64,000 nt of DNA from contig CAKUCX010000008.1 of the NCBI GenBank assembly GCA_934643865.1, positions 2,125-66,124 of the forward strand, given 5' to 3'. A model generated the notes under the pieces. The model made no database searches. It was given only the letters and a program-made list of their open reading frames with translations, and was not told where the DNA came from. The stretch comes from an uncultured Kiritimatiellota bacterium. Lineage in GTDB: Bacteria > Verrucomicrobiota > Kiritimatiellia > RFP12 > UBA1067. The translations under genes were made by a program, and so were the position numbers. Numbering within the stretch: position 1 is the stretch's first letter; each line of letters starts with the position of its first letter. Positions 9,370 to 19,200 of the stretch are shown here, piece after piece.

Positions 9370-11010
9370 TCAGCGCACGAGGATGCACGTCCCCGCTCCG
9401 AGAATCCGCAGGAACTGCTCGGGCGGCAGGGCGCGGCGCGTGATGCGGACTTCGTCGAGGTTTCCGTTGAAGACCTGATACCCGGCGCTATCGCCGCCCA
9501 CGCGGATCTCCGACGCGTCACCCTTCATCGTGCAGTTCGCGGCGGACACGACCTGCCGGTAGTCCACATACCCCTTCAGCGCCTTCGCCTCGGCGTCGTA
9601 GACGTAGGCGAGATGGTGCCAGTCTCCGTCGTCCCAGCACTTCTCCGCATAGAGGTCGCCCCCGACCATGCCGTCGACGCGAAAGAGCATCTTGCGGTTC
9701 TCGCCGTTCAGAAGCACCTTGAAATTGTACTGCTTGAAAAGCGCGAAGGAATGGCGGTACACGTTCCCTTCCGCCGGCTTGCTCGTCGCACCGTGTGTGC
9801 GGAAAAAGATCTCAAGCGTGAAGCTGCGCGATGCGAGCGGATCGTCCGTGTCGTCCGCGATCGTGAACGTGCAGCCCTTCCCCGCGTCGTTCGTGCAGGA
9901 GAAGAACGACCCCGCGTTCTTCGCCAGATCGCCCGCCTGGGCATCCCGCAGCAGGGACGTGCCCCAGACCTCGTTGGTCTGCCACAGCCTATCCGTCAGG
10001 CCTTCGTAGACGATTTTCCGCACAGTGCCTGTGGCCGAATCGTAGACCGACATCAGCGTGGGCGAGACGCCGCCGTCGCCGAAGTCCGTCTCGCAGGCGA
10101 GGTGGACGAACGTGTCGGCGTCTGCAAACCGGCGCGGCCCCGCCAGGCGCAGGAACTGCGACACGTCCAGCGCCTCGTCCGAAATGCGCACCTCGTCGAT
10201 TTCGCCGTTGAACCGCCGCGTGTTGTGCAGGTCGTTGCCGCCGATCAGCAGACGGCTCGTCACGGGATGGTCGAACCCCACGGCCGGAAGCGCGTCCGTG
10301 CCAAGGAGACTTTCGTTGACCTGCGCATAGTCGACGTAGGCACGCGCCGTCTGCTTCCCGAAGTCGAACACCACGGCCACATGGTGCCAGCGGCCGTCGT
10401 TCACCAGGGGCGTTTTCTGCCCGTTGCCCCAGCCAATCCCCTTCGTCGTTCCGTCGGCCCGCTTGACCGAACAGCGGAAGAACAGGCGCGCCTCGTAGAG
10501 CGCGAGCATCCACGTCGCCTGGAACGATGCGTTCTCCTTGTGGATGATCGGCATCATGTACGCACTCGCCTGCACGATGTCGGCGGGCACGCGCACGAAG
10601 GCCTCCAGCGTCAGGTTCGTGATGGCCCGCAGACGCGCCTCCTCGGCCGCCGTCGGCGACACGAGCAGGTAGCCGCCCTGCGTGTCCGCCGCGTTCTTCT
10701 GGTGGAAGTGGAGCGCCCGCGCGTTGTCCGCCAGCCGTCCCGAGACCGGGTCGTAGACGGGCAGGTTGGACGGCGCGCCGTTTGTGTAGGACGGCAGATA
10801 GACGCTCCCGGGCGTCTCGTATGTCGCCGTGCCGTTGATCGTCTTGGGCCACGCGAGGTAGCCGCCCGCGCTGTTCGTCACGGCGGTTCCATAGTCCGTC
10901 GGCGCCGGGGCCTCCCGGTCCTCAAAGCGATACCACGCCACGGTCTCCGCCCGCACGGCGGCGGCCAGCAGAAGCGCGCATACAGCGAGGCGCATGGAGA
11001 GTTGAGACAT
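9370..11010 (-). CDS. secreted protein with two LamG/concanavalin-like lectin domains
   Basis: Start reset to ATG 11010 (MSQLSMRLAVCALLLAAAVRA). It carries two LamG C-terminal signatures, FNGEIDEVRISDEALDVSQF and FNGNLDEVRITRRALPPEQF. The protein ends ...GAGTCILVR. Confidence 0.8.
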   Translation of the reverse strand: MSQLSMRLAVCALLLAAAVRAETVAWYRFEDREAPAPTDYGTAVTNSAGGYLAWPKTINGTATYETPGSVYLPSYTNGAPSNLPVYDPVSGRLADNARALHFHQKNAADTQGGYLLVSPTAAEEARLRAITNLTLEAFVRVPADIVQASAYMMPIIHKENASFQATWMLALYEARLFFRCSVKRADGTTKGIGWGNGQKTPLVNDGRWHHVAVVFDFGKQTARAYVDYAQVNESLLGTDALPAVGFDHPVTSRLLIGGNDLHNTRRFNGEIDEVRISDEALDVSQFLRLAGPRRFADADTFVHLACETDFGDGGVSPTLMSVYDSATGTVRKIVYEGLTDRLWQTNEVWGTSLLRDAQAGDLAKNAGSFFSCTNDAGKGCTFTIADDTDDPLASRSFTLEIFFRTHGATSKPAEGNVYRHSFALFKQYNFKVLLNGENRKMLFRVDGMVGGDLYAEKCWDDGDWHHLAYVYDAEAKALKGYVDYRQVVSAANCTMKGDASEIRVGGDSAGYQVFNGNLDEVRITRRALPPEQFLRILGAGTCILVR

Positions 11011-11093
11011 GTCTTCCCTTTCGTTTGCAGATGACGACGCACGGCAAGGGGACATCGCCGCGCGGCCACGCGGCAGCCCCAATGTACGGTGTA

Positions 11094-11102
11094 ATTCTAC
11101 CA
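11094..11102 (-). promoter_or_regulatory. extended -10 box TGGTAGAAT for the LamG-GH92-hypothetical-PATR operon
   Basis: The reverse complement of attctacca lies 84 nt upstream of ATG 11010, in an AT-richer intergenic island. Confidence 0.5.
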
Positions 11103-11125
11103 TTTACCCCCCTCCCCGTCAAACA

Positions 11126-11164
11126 CGCCAGAATCCGCCCGGAGATTCGCCAGAATCCGCCCGG
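11126..11164. repeat. perfect 17-bp direct repeat x2 (cgccagaatccgcccgg), 22-bp period
   Basis: Copies sit at 11126-11142 and 11148-11164, separated by agatt, between two divergent promoters. Confidence 0.9.
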
Positions 11165-11195
11165 GAACCGGGCCCGAAAGGTATATATATAGCGC

Positions 11196-11225
11196 TTGAA
11201 GCGTGACGCGGGGTTGTGGTAGTAT
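11196..11225 (+). promoter_or_regulatory. promoter: -35 TTGAAG (11196-11201), extended -10 TGGTAGTAT (11217-11225)
   Basis: Spacer is 18 nt. The -10 ends 10 nt before ATG 11235, giving an essentially leaderless transcript. Confidence 0.55.
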
Positions 11226-11234
11226 CGCTGCATC

Positions 11235-12320
11235 ATGAAACGATCAAACATCATCCTTCTTGGCGCGCTCGCGCTCGCGGCGGGCGTGCAGGCGCAGGTG
11301 CGCGTGGGCGCGGTCAACTGGGACTGCGCGGTGCCGCGCGGGACCTACTTCGGGAATGCGACGGCGAATTCGCTCGGGCCCGCGCACTGGCGCGACCGCA
11401 CGCCCTACTACGCGCAGGTGACCGGCAAGGACCAGATCAACATCCCCTACCGCACGCTCGCCGAATACGAGACCGAGCTGCGCTACGCGATCGAGGCGGG
11501 CATCGACTACTTCGCCTACTGCTGGTACGACCGCAACCCCAACCAGACGCCCGACCCCGACCACGCCTGCTCGGCCTGCGGGCATCTCCAGGAGATCACC
11601 TACGCGCGGCTCATGCACGCCAAGAGCATCCTCCGCGAGAAGATCCGCCTCTGCGCGATCCTCGTGGCGGCGCACCCGTACTCCGACGTCGAACTCACCG
11701 ACCTTGCGCTTGAGATGCGCGAGCCGTGGTACGAGAAGGCCGGCGGGCGGCCGCTCGTCTACTACGGCTTCACGCGAAAGGGCGACGTCGCCCGGCGCCT
11801 GCGCGCGATCTGCCGGAAGCTCGGCGTGGCGGAGCCCTTCATCGCGTTCATGGACAACAACCCCAAGACGATCGCCCGCCTGGGCGCGGAGAAGGCGGTC
11901 GACGCCGCCTGCACCTACGCGAACGTCTGCTCGGGGACATTCCGCGAGATGGTCGACGTGATGCTGGCGCGCAACGCGACGCGCGCGTCGGCGGGGCTGC
12001 CGGTCGTGCCGCACCTCACGACGGGCTGGGACGGTCGCCCCCGCATCGAGCATCCGACGCCCTGGACGAAGAACGGGTACAATCCCACGTGGACGTATGC
12101 GAGCGCGCAGAGCGAGGAGGACTTCACATACGCGGCGACGCGGCTCAAGGCATGGATGGAGGCGAACGCCGCGTCCTGCCCGACAGGCCATGTGCTCGTG
12201 TTCGCCTGGAACGAGTTCGAGGAGGGCGGCTGGATCTGCCCGAACATCGGCGCGGACGGCAGGCCCGACACGCGGCGCGTGAAGTGGTTCCGGGCCGCGA
12301 GCGACATCTTGAAGCGCTAG
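11235..12320 (+). CDS. secreted hypothetical protein (possible glycoside-hydrolase-like), 361 aa
   Basis: Signal peptide MKRSNIILLGALALAAGVQAQ. ...VFAWNEFEEGGWICP... resembles the NEW/NEF-EG motif of some GH-like barrels. Function is uncertain. Confidence 0.65.
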   Translation: MKRSNIILLGALALAAGVQAQVRVGAVNWDCAVPRGTYFGNATANSLGPAHWRDRTPYYAQVTGKDQINIPYRTLAEYETELRYAIEAGIDYFAYCWYDRNPNQTPDPDHACSACGHLQEITYARLMHAKSILREKIRLCAILVAAHPYSDVELTDLALEMREPWYEKAGGRPLVYYGFTRKGDVARRLRAICRKLGVAEPFIAFMDNNPKTIARLGAEKAVDAACTYANVCSGTFREMVDVMLARNATRASAGLPVVPHLTTGWDGRPRIEHPTPWTKNGYNPTWTYASAQSEEDFTYAATRLKAWMEANAASCPTGHVLVFAWNEFEEGGWICPNIGADGRPDTRRVKWFRAASDILKR

Positions 12321-12515
12321 GCGCCGGGCCGGCGCGCACGGCGGAAACGTCCAGAAAGGGGAAAGCCATGAAGACCTTGCTGCTCTTCGCATCTCTCATG
12401 TCCGCCGGCGCCGCATGGGCGGCGGCGGATTGCGCGCGGGCCGCCGAGGACGTCGGCCCCTACCAAAGTCCGGGGCCGTCGGTTCGGGGCCGTCCGCGCC
12501 ACGCGCAGGGGAAAA

Positions 12516-12524
12516 TGATATACT
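12516..12524 (+). promoter_or_regulatory. extended -10 box TGATATACT
   Basis: It lies 161 nt upstream of the sialidase ATG 12685, which implies a long leader. Confidence 0.45.
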
Positions 12525-12684
12525 GCCGGCATGAATCTTGGAGACGTGAGAAGCTGCCTCGACTCGGCCGCCATTGTCCTTGCGCCGGATGGTACGCGCA
12601 GCTATCGCCTTATCCGCAGCGAAATCGCATGAACGTCCCGCAACGGTATTCCATTCCGCACAGGCAAGACAGGAGGAAAACGAC

Positions 12685-13983
12685 ATGACGAAGATGACCG
12701 GCAAAGGGAGGATCGCGGCACTGGCCGTGCTGGCCGCCTGCACGCATCCTGCGGTTTCAGGGCAGATGGACCGATGCGTCTACGAGGCGTTCGTGAGGTC
12801 TGTCGGGGACATCCCGCCCGTCATCCGCACGGACGGCCTTGAAGCCTATTCGTCGAACCGACTTGACTATGCGCTGATGAACGGCTTGGCGATGACGCGC
12901 GGCGGGCGGATCTACCTCAACTGGATTTCGGGAGGGGACGGCGCCGGGTCGTTCACGGCGGGAAACTGGAGCGATGACGGCGGCAGGACCTGGACGGACG
13001 TCAACCTGGTCATCGACGGCCATGACGGCACCTATACGGACCGCAACAACATCATCGGCACCTACTGGCTCGATCCGGACGGCCGTCTGCGCCTGTACAC
13101 CGACCAGTCGCTGTTCCACTACGACCGGCGCGCGGGCGTCTGGGAGTCCGTCTGCGAGAATCCGGACGCGGCCCGCCCCGTCTGGTCGAAACCGCGCCGC
13201 CTGTGCGACGGTCATGTCATGAACAAGCCCATCGTGCTGCGAAACGGCGAGTGGGCGTTCTCGGCCTACCTCAACGACTGTGGCGTCTTCGGAAAGGGTG
13301 CGCCGAGCGTGGGCGGGGCGTTCGCGGAACTCGACCCGTTCCGTGGCTCGACCTGCTATGTGTCGTCCGACCGGGGCCGGACGTGGACGCGGCGCGGCGC
13401 CGTGAAGTTCCCGGGATCGGACTGGCAGGAAACGCAGCTGCTCGAACGGAAGGACGGCACGCTCCGTGTCTTCAGCCGCGTGTGCGTCGAACGGGCGGAG
13501 GACGGAAAGAAGATCGGCTGCCTGATGGCCAGCGATTCCCGTGACGGAGGATGGACCTGGAGCCCGCCGCGCACCCTGCCGACGATGGACAACGTGAATG
13601 CGCGTTTCCAGATCGTGCGGCTTGCGAGCGGACGCCTGCTGTTCGTCTGCCACGGACGCCCCGAAGAGGGCGGGAAGGACGGCGTCGGGCGTGTCCGCCT
13701 CTCGGCCTACCTTTCCGACGACGACGGGGAGAGCTGGAAGGGTGGCCTCGTCCTCGACCCGACCTTCGGATCCTACCCGGATGTCGTCCAGGCTCCCGAC
13801 GGCACCATCTGCGTCGCGCACGACCACGGCCGCGGGAGCGAGGCCGAAATCTGGTTCCACCGCTTTACGGAGGATGACGTTCTGGCCGGGAAGGTCGTCT
13901 CGCCGGACAGCCGCCTCGGTACGGTCGCCTTTCGCGCGATGGCGTCGGAACGGAACAAGAGGCGGTTCCCGGGGCGGAAATGA
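12685..13983 (+). CDS. BNR/Asp-box repeat exo-alpha-sialidase-like glycosidase (GH33-like)
   Basis: Start reset to ATG 12685 (MTKMTGKGRIAALAVLAAC), with AGGAGG at about 12671. Four Asp-boxes are present: SDDGGRTW, SSDRGRTW, SRDGGWTW and SDDDGESW. Confidence 0.8.
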   Translation: MTKMTGKGRIAALAVLAACTHPAVSGQMDRCVYEAFVRSVGDIPPVIRTDGLEAYSSNRLDYALMNGLAMTRGGRIYLNWISGGDGAGSFTAGNWSDDGGRTWTDVNLVIDGHDGTYTDRNNIIGTYWLDPDGRLRLYTDQSLFHYDRRAGVWESVCENPDAARPVWSKPRRLCDGHVMNKPIVLRNGEWAFSAYLNDCGVFGKGAPSVGGAFAELDPFRGSTCYVSSDRGRTWTRRGAVKFPGSDWQETQLLERKDGTLRVFSRVCVERAEDGKKIGCLMASDSRDGGWTWSPPRTLPTMDNVNARFQIVRLASGRLLFVCHGRPEEGGKDGVGRVRLSAYLSDDDGESWKGGLVLDPTFGSYPDVVQAPDGTICVAHDHGRGSEAEIWFHRFTEDDVLAGKVVSPDSRLGTVAFRAMASERNKRRFPGRK

Positions 13984-14022
13984 GACCCTCCCGGCCGGAA
14001 CGGCGGCGGGGCGCGGCGGGAG

Positions 14023-14051
14023 TTGACCCGATGCCGCAACTGTGCGATAAT
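14023..14051 (+). promoter_or_regulatory. promoter: -35 TTGACC (14023-14028), extended -10 TGCGATAAT (14043-14051)
   Basis: Spacer is 17 nt. It lies 44 nt upstream of ATG 14095. Confidence 0.6.
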
Positions 14052-14094
14052 TGAACCGTTTCATGAAACGGAGAACAAGGAAGGACAGGATACA

Positions 14095-15159
14095 ATGAAC
14101 AAGATCGTCAGGAATCTGCTGGCGGCGGGCGTGGTTTCCGCCGGAATGATGGGGTTTGCCGGCTGCACCGCGCCGTGCGCGTGCAAGCCGACGTCGAACG
14201 ACTGCGGCTGCGCAAAGGACGCCTGCGCGTGCGCCGACTGCACCTGCAGGGGCGCGGAGGGCCGCTGGGCGATCCAGAAGCCGGGCGCGTTCTGGCTCGG
14301 CATCTGCCGGAAGGACGGCACGCCGAAGGCGAAGCTCCTCTGGGGCGGCGGCTCGCCGAACCCGCAGACGGACGTCAAGATCGACGGCGCGACCGCGACG
14401 ATGCGCCAGTGCCTGAAGGGCGACAAGGACCCCGCCAAGGCCCGCTTCCGCGTGACGACGCTCAAGGCGAACGGCGCGTGCGCCGACGTCACGTTCGTGA
14501 CGACGGACGGCACGGGCAAGGAACTTTCCCGCGAGACGGCGAAGGCGAAGCGCATCCCCGCGCTGCCGCCCGCGCCCGACCGCGCGAAGGCCGTCTACGG
14601 CGCGCCCATCGACCTCCTCGCGGACGGCATCGCCGGCTGGGAGACGATGAACCCGAAGGCCCACTTCGGCTGGAGCGTGAAGGACGGCGTCCTCTCGAAC
14701 CGCATCAAGCGCAAGGCGGACGGCAAGCCCGACGGCCACGGCGCAAACCTGAAGACGAAGCGCGCCGACTTCTTCGACTTCAAGCTCTCCTACGACGTGA
14801 GGGTGCTGCCGGGCTGCAACTCGGGCGTCTACCTGCGCGGCATCTACGAGATCCAGGTGCTTGACAGCTACGGCAAGCCCGTCGACTGCCACAACATGGC
14901 GGCCCTCTACGGGCGCATCACGCCGCGCGTCGCGGCCGAGAAGCCGGCGAACGAATGGCAGCACGTCGACGTCACGCTCTACAAGCGCCACGTGACGGTC
15001 GTCCTCAACGGCGTGAACATCATCGACAACCAGCCGGTCCTCGGCTGCACGGGCGGCGCGATCACGAGCGACGAGTTCGTGAAGGGGCCGCTCTACCTCC
15101 AGGGCGACCACTCCGACGCGGACTTCCGCAACATCGTCCTCACGCCGATCGTGAAGTAG
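14095..15159 (+). CDS. DUF1080 / 3-keto-disaccharide hydrolase-like lipoprotein with Cys-rich N-terminal linker
   Basis: Start reset to ATG 14095, with AAGGAAGGA upstream. The lipobox is MMGFAG|C. C-terminal ...WQHVDVTLYKRHVTVVLNGV...LYLQGDHSDADFRNIVL is typical of DUF1080. Confidence 0.8.
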   Translation: MNKIVRNLLAAGVVSAGMMGFAGCTAPCACKPTSNDCGCAKDACACADCTCRGAEGRWAIQKPGAFWLGICRKDGTPKAKLLWGGGSPNPQTDVKIDGATATMRQCLKGDKDPAKARFRVTTLKANGACADVTFVTTDGTGKELSRETAKAKRIPALPPAPDRAKAVYGAPIDLLADGIAGWETMNPKAHFGWSVKDGVLSNRIKRKADGKPDGHGANLKTKRADFFDFKLSYDVRVLPGCNSGVYLRGIYEIQVLDSYGKPVDCHNMAALYGRITPRVAAEKPANEWQHVDVTLYKRHVTVVLNGVNIIDNQPVLGCTGGAITSDEFVKGPLYLQGDHSDADFRNIVLTPIVK

Positions 15160-15217
15160 GGCCTGCCCGGCCGGCCCCCGGCGTTCGGCGGCGGGCCGGG
15201 CCTGCGCTTGGGCGGAA

Positions 15218-16183
15218 ATGGGCGGCTACGTGGGAAGGCTCGCGCCCTCGCCGACGGGGGCGCTCCACCTTGGCAACGCGCGGACGTTCATGGTCGCGTG
15301 GCTGCGCGCGCGGGCGCAAGGCGGCAGCGTCATCCTGCGCATGGAGGACCTCGACCACCCGCGCGACAAGCCGGGCGCGGCGCGCGCGGCGGTGGAAGAC
15401 CTGAAGTGGCTCGGCTTCGACTGGGACGCGGAATACACCCAAAGCGCGCGCACGACCCTCTACCGCGACGCGCTCGAACGCCTCCGCGCGGCGGGCCTGG
15501 CCTACCCCTGCGTCTGCTCGCGCAGGGACGTGGAGCGGGCGCAGTCCGCGCCCCATGCGGGCGAACAGCTCTTCTACCCGGGCACGTGCCGGGGCCGCTT
15601 CGCGTCATGGCGGGCGGCGCAGGCGTTTCTGCGGCAAGAGGCGGGCAAAGCGGGCGCGCCGCGTCTCCCGTGCTGGCGCTTCCGCGTCCCGGAGGGGACG
15701 GTCGTCCGCTTCGACGACGCCTTCGCGGGGCCGTTCGAGCAGGACGTCGCGGCCGCGCTCGGCGACTTCCCGCTCGCGCGCGAGGCGCACGGCGCGGGCT
15801 ACACGCTCGCCGTGTCGGTCGACGACGCGGCGATGGGCGTCACCGAGGTCGTGCGGGGCGACGACCTCCTCGCCGCGACGCCCGCGCAAATCCTCGTCCA
15901 CCGCGCGCTCGGCCATGCGCCGCCCGCGTTCTGCCACGTCCCGCTCGTCGTGGGGCCGGACGGCCGCCGCCTCGCGAAGCGCCACGGCGACACGCGCATC
16001 GCGGCCTTCCGCGCGGCGGGCGCGGCCCCCGAGGCCGTCGTCGGCCGCCTCGCCGCGACGTGCGGCTGGGGCGACGGCTCGCCCCTTCCCCTCCGCGACC
16101 TTCTCCCGCTCTTCGCGCTCGGGACGATCCCGCGCGCGCCCGCCGTCTTCGCGGGCGCGGCGCGCGGGGGAAATATGCTATAA
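15218..16183 (+). CDS. gluQ: glutamyl-Q tRNA(Asp) synthetase
   Basis: It has the class I HIGH region [18 protein letters not shown]. At 321 aa it has no anticodon-binding domain, like YadB/GluQRS. A KMSKS-like RLAKRHGD is present. Confidence 0.85.
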   Translation: MGGYVGRLAPSPTGALHLGNARTFMVAWLRARAQGGSVILRMEDLDHPRDKPGAARAAVEDLKWLGFDWDAEYTQSARTTLYRDALERLRAAGLAYPCVCSRRDVERAQSAPHAGEQLFYPGTCRGRFASWRAAQAFLRQEAGKAGAPRLPCWRFRVPEGTVVRFDDAFAGPFEQDVAAALGDFPLAREAHGAGYTLAVSVDDAAMGVTEVVRGDDLLAATPAQILVHRALGHAPPAFCHVPLVVGPDGRRLAKRHGDTRIAAFRAAGAAPEAVVGRLAATCGWGDGSPLPLRDLLPLFALGTIPRAPAVFAGAARGGNML

Positions 16184-16184
16184 T
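16176..16184 (+). promoter_or_regulatory. extended -10 box TGCTATAAT for purL
   Basis: It overlaps the gluQ stop codon (16181-16183) and lies 31 nt upstream of purL ATG 16215. Confidence 0.6.
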
Positions 16185-16214
16185 CGCACTTCTGCCATTT
16201 CAACTCAGAGGCAC

Positions 16215-19200
16215 ATGAAGATGAAACCGATCCTGCTTTCGGGGACTGCGGCCTATTCGCAGTTCCGTCTCGACGCGCTCCGCGCCGCCCTGGCCGCCCG
16301 CGCACCCGCCCTCGCCCAGGCCGACATCACGGCCACGTGGGTGTATGCGCTCCAGAGCGAGGGGAACGGCCCCGACGACGCAACGCGCGCGCGCGCGGCG
16401 ACGCTTCTGAACGCCGTCGGCGACGAGCCCGCGCTTGAGGACGGCGCATTCTACGTGACGCCCCGCAAGGGCACGATCTCCCCGTGGAGCTCGAAGGCGA
16501 CGGACATCTTCCGCAACTGCGGCCTCGCGGGCATCGCCCGTGTCGAGCGCGGCATCCGCTTCCGGATCAAGCCCGCATTCGACCGTTCGGACGCGCAGCT
16601 CCTGAACGCGCTCCACGACCGGATGACCGAGGGCGTCTACGACACGCTCGACGACCTCTTCGACTGCCCGCCGCCGCGTCCCGGCCGCACCTTCGATGTG
16701 ATGGCGAAGGGCGTCGCGGCGATCCGCGAGGCGAACGCCGAGCTGGGCCTTGCGATCAGCGAGCCTGAGATGCAGTACCTCGCGGAGAGCTTCGCCGCCG
16801 CCGGACGCAACCCCACCGATACCGAGCTCGTGATGTTCGGCCAGGTGAACTCCGAGCACTGCCGCCACAAGATCTTCGGCGCGAAGTTCATCATCGACGG
16901 CCGGGAGATGCCGAACGCGCTCTTCGGGATGATCAAGAACACCCACAAGAAGAACGGGAAGGGCACGCTCGTCGCCTACAAGGACAACTCGTCCGTCGTG
17001 GAGGGCTTCGAGACCGAGATGTTCCTGCCGAACGGGGCGGGCGGGCGCACCCCCGGCAAGGAGCATGTGTATGGCTTCAGGAAGGTGCAGCTCGACCAGC
17101 TCATGAAGGTGGAGACGCACAACCATCCGACGGCGATCTCGCCGTTCCCGGGCGCGGCGACGGGCGTGGGCGGCGAGATCCGCGACGAGGCGGCGACGGG
17201 CAGCGGCTCGCGCACGCACGCGGGCATCTGCGGTTTCATGGTGAGCGATCTGCACATCCCCGGCTTCCCGCAGCCGTGGGAGCGCGAGTACGCGGAGTTC
17301 CCGAAGCGCCTCGCGACGCCGCTCGCGATCATGACGGAGGGTCCGCTCGGCGGCGCCGCGTTCGGCAACGAGTTCGGTCGTCCGCAGCTCACGGGCTTCT
17401 TCCGCACCTACGAGGGCGAGGCCGCCGGGCTCTACCGCGGCTACCACAAGCCGATCATGCTCGCGGGCGGACAGGGCGTGATCGTGCGCGACCAGGTGGA
17501 AAAGAAGCCGGTGCCGACGGGCGCGTACATCGTGCAGATCGGCGGCCCGGCGATGCGCATCGGCCTCGGCGGCGGCGCGGCTTCGTCCATGATGACGGGC
17601 ACGAACGACGAGGCGCTCGACTTCAACAGCGTCCAGCGCGGAAACGCCGAGATGCAGCGCCGCTGCCAGGGCGTGATCAACGCCTGCGCGGCGATGGGGA
17701 AGAAGAACCCCGTCCTCTCGATCCACGACATCGGCGCGGGCGGCCTCTCGAACGGCTGCCCCGAGCTCGTGGAGGCGACGGGCGGACGCTTCGAGCTGCG
17801 CAAGGTCCACAACGAGGAGCCCTCCATGAGCCCGATGGAGATCTGGTGCTGCGAGGCCCAGGAGCGCTACGTCCTCGCGCTGCGGCGCGACGCGCGCGCG
17901 GCCTTCGAGGCGCTCTGCGCGCGCGAGCGCTGCCCCGTCGCGTTTATCGGCGAGGCGACGGGCGACGGGCGCCTCGTCCTTGAAGACGACTACTTCCACG
18001 ACCGGCCGATCGACATGGACATCAAGGTCCTGCTCGGCAAGCCCCCACGCATGGTGCGCGACGTGACGCGCGTCGCGACGCCCCACGCGAAGCTGAACCT
18101 CAAGGAGGTGAAGCCGCAGGACGCCTTCTTCCGCCTCCTGCACCTGCCGACGGTCGCGGACAAGACGTTCCTCGTCACGATCACCGACCGTTCCGTCACG
18201 GGTCTCGTCGCGCGCGACCAGATGGTGGGCCCCTACCAGCTGCCCGCCGCCGACTGCGCCGTCACCACGATGGGCTACAAGACGCTCCACGGCCAGGCGA
18301 TGGCAACCGGCGAGCGCACGCCCGTCGCGCTGCTCGACGGCCCCGCCTCCGCGCGCCTCGCGATCACGGAGGCCCTGACGAACCTCGCGGCGGCCGACTG
18401 CGGCACGATCCGGAACGTGCGCCTCTCCGCCAACTGGATGGCGCCGTGCGGCGAACCCGGCGAGGACGCGAACCTCTACGACACTGTCCAGGAGGCCGGC
18501 CTCAACTTCTGCCCCGCCCTCGGCATCTCGATTCCCGTGGGCAAGGACTCCTGCTCGATGCACACGACGTGGACCGACTCGAAGGGCGCCTCCCACCGCC
18601 AGGTGGCGCCGCTCTCGCTCGTTGTCTCGTCCTTCTCGCCCGTGGCGGACGTCACGCTTACGCTCACGCCGGACCTGAAGCCGGGCGCCTCGAAGCTCGT
18701 CTACGTCGACCTCGGGCACGGCGCGAACCGCCTGGGCGCTTCCTGCCTCGCGCAGGTCTACAACCAGCTCGGCGACGCGCCCGCCGACGCGGACGCGCCG
18801 AGCGTGAAGGCGTTCTTCAACGCGATGCAGAAGATCGTCGCCGCACGCCTCGCGCTCGCCTACCACGACCGCAGCGACGGCGGCCTCGCCGTCACGCTCG
18901 CCGAGATGGCGGTCACGGGCGGGCGCGGCCTCGCCGCGACGCTGCCGGACGGCGATGCGCTCGCGGCGCTCTTCAGCGAGGAGCCGGGCGCCGTCCTCCA
19001 GGTGGCCGACGCGAACCTCGCGGACGTTCTCGCGATTTTCCGCAAGGCCGGCCTCGCCGACGACGTCCACGTCATCGGCGCGCCGGTCGACGACCGCACG
19101 TTCACGCTCGCCGTGGGCTGCCGCCGTACGCTTGCCACCACCGTCACGGAGATCCGCCGCGCCTGGAGCGAGACGACCTACCACATGCAGGCGCGCCGCG

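Noticed and set aside
15160-15217. GC-rich imperfect hairpin (cccggcc...ggccggg) between the DUF1080 gene and gluQ as a terminator
   Set aside because: The stem is only 7 bp with a 21-nt loop and no U-tract. Such pairings arise easily by chance at this GC content, and gluQ has no promoter box of its own, so read-through is more likely.
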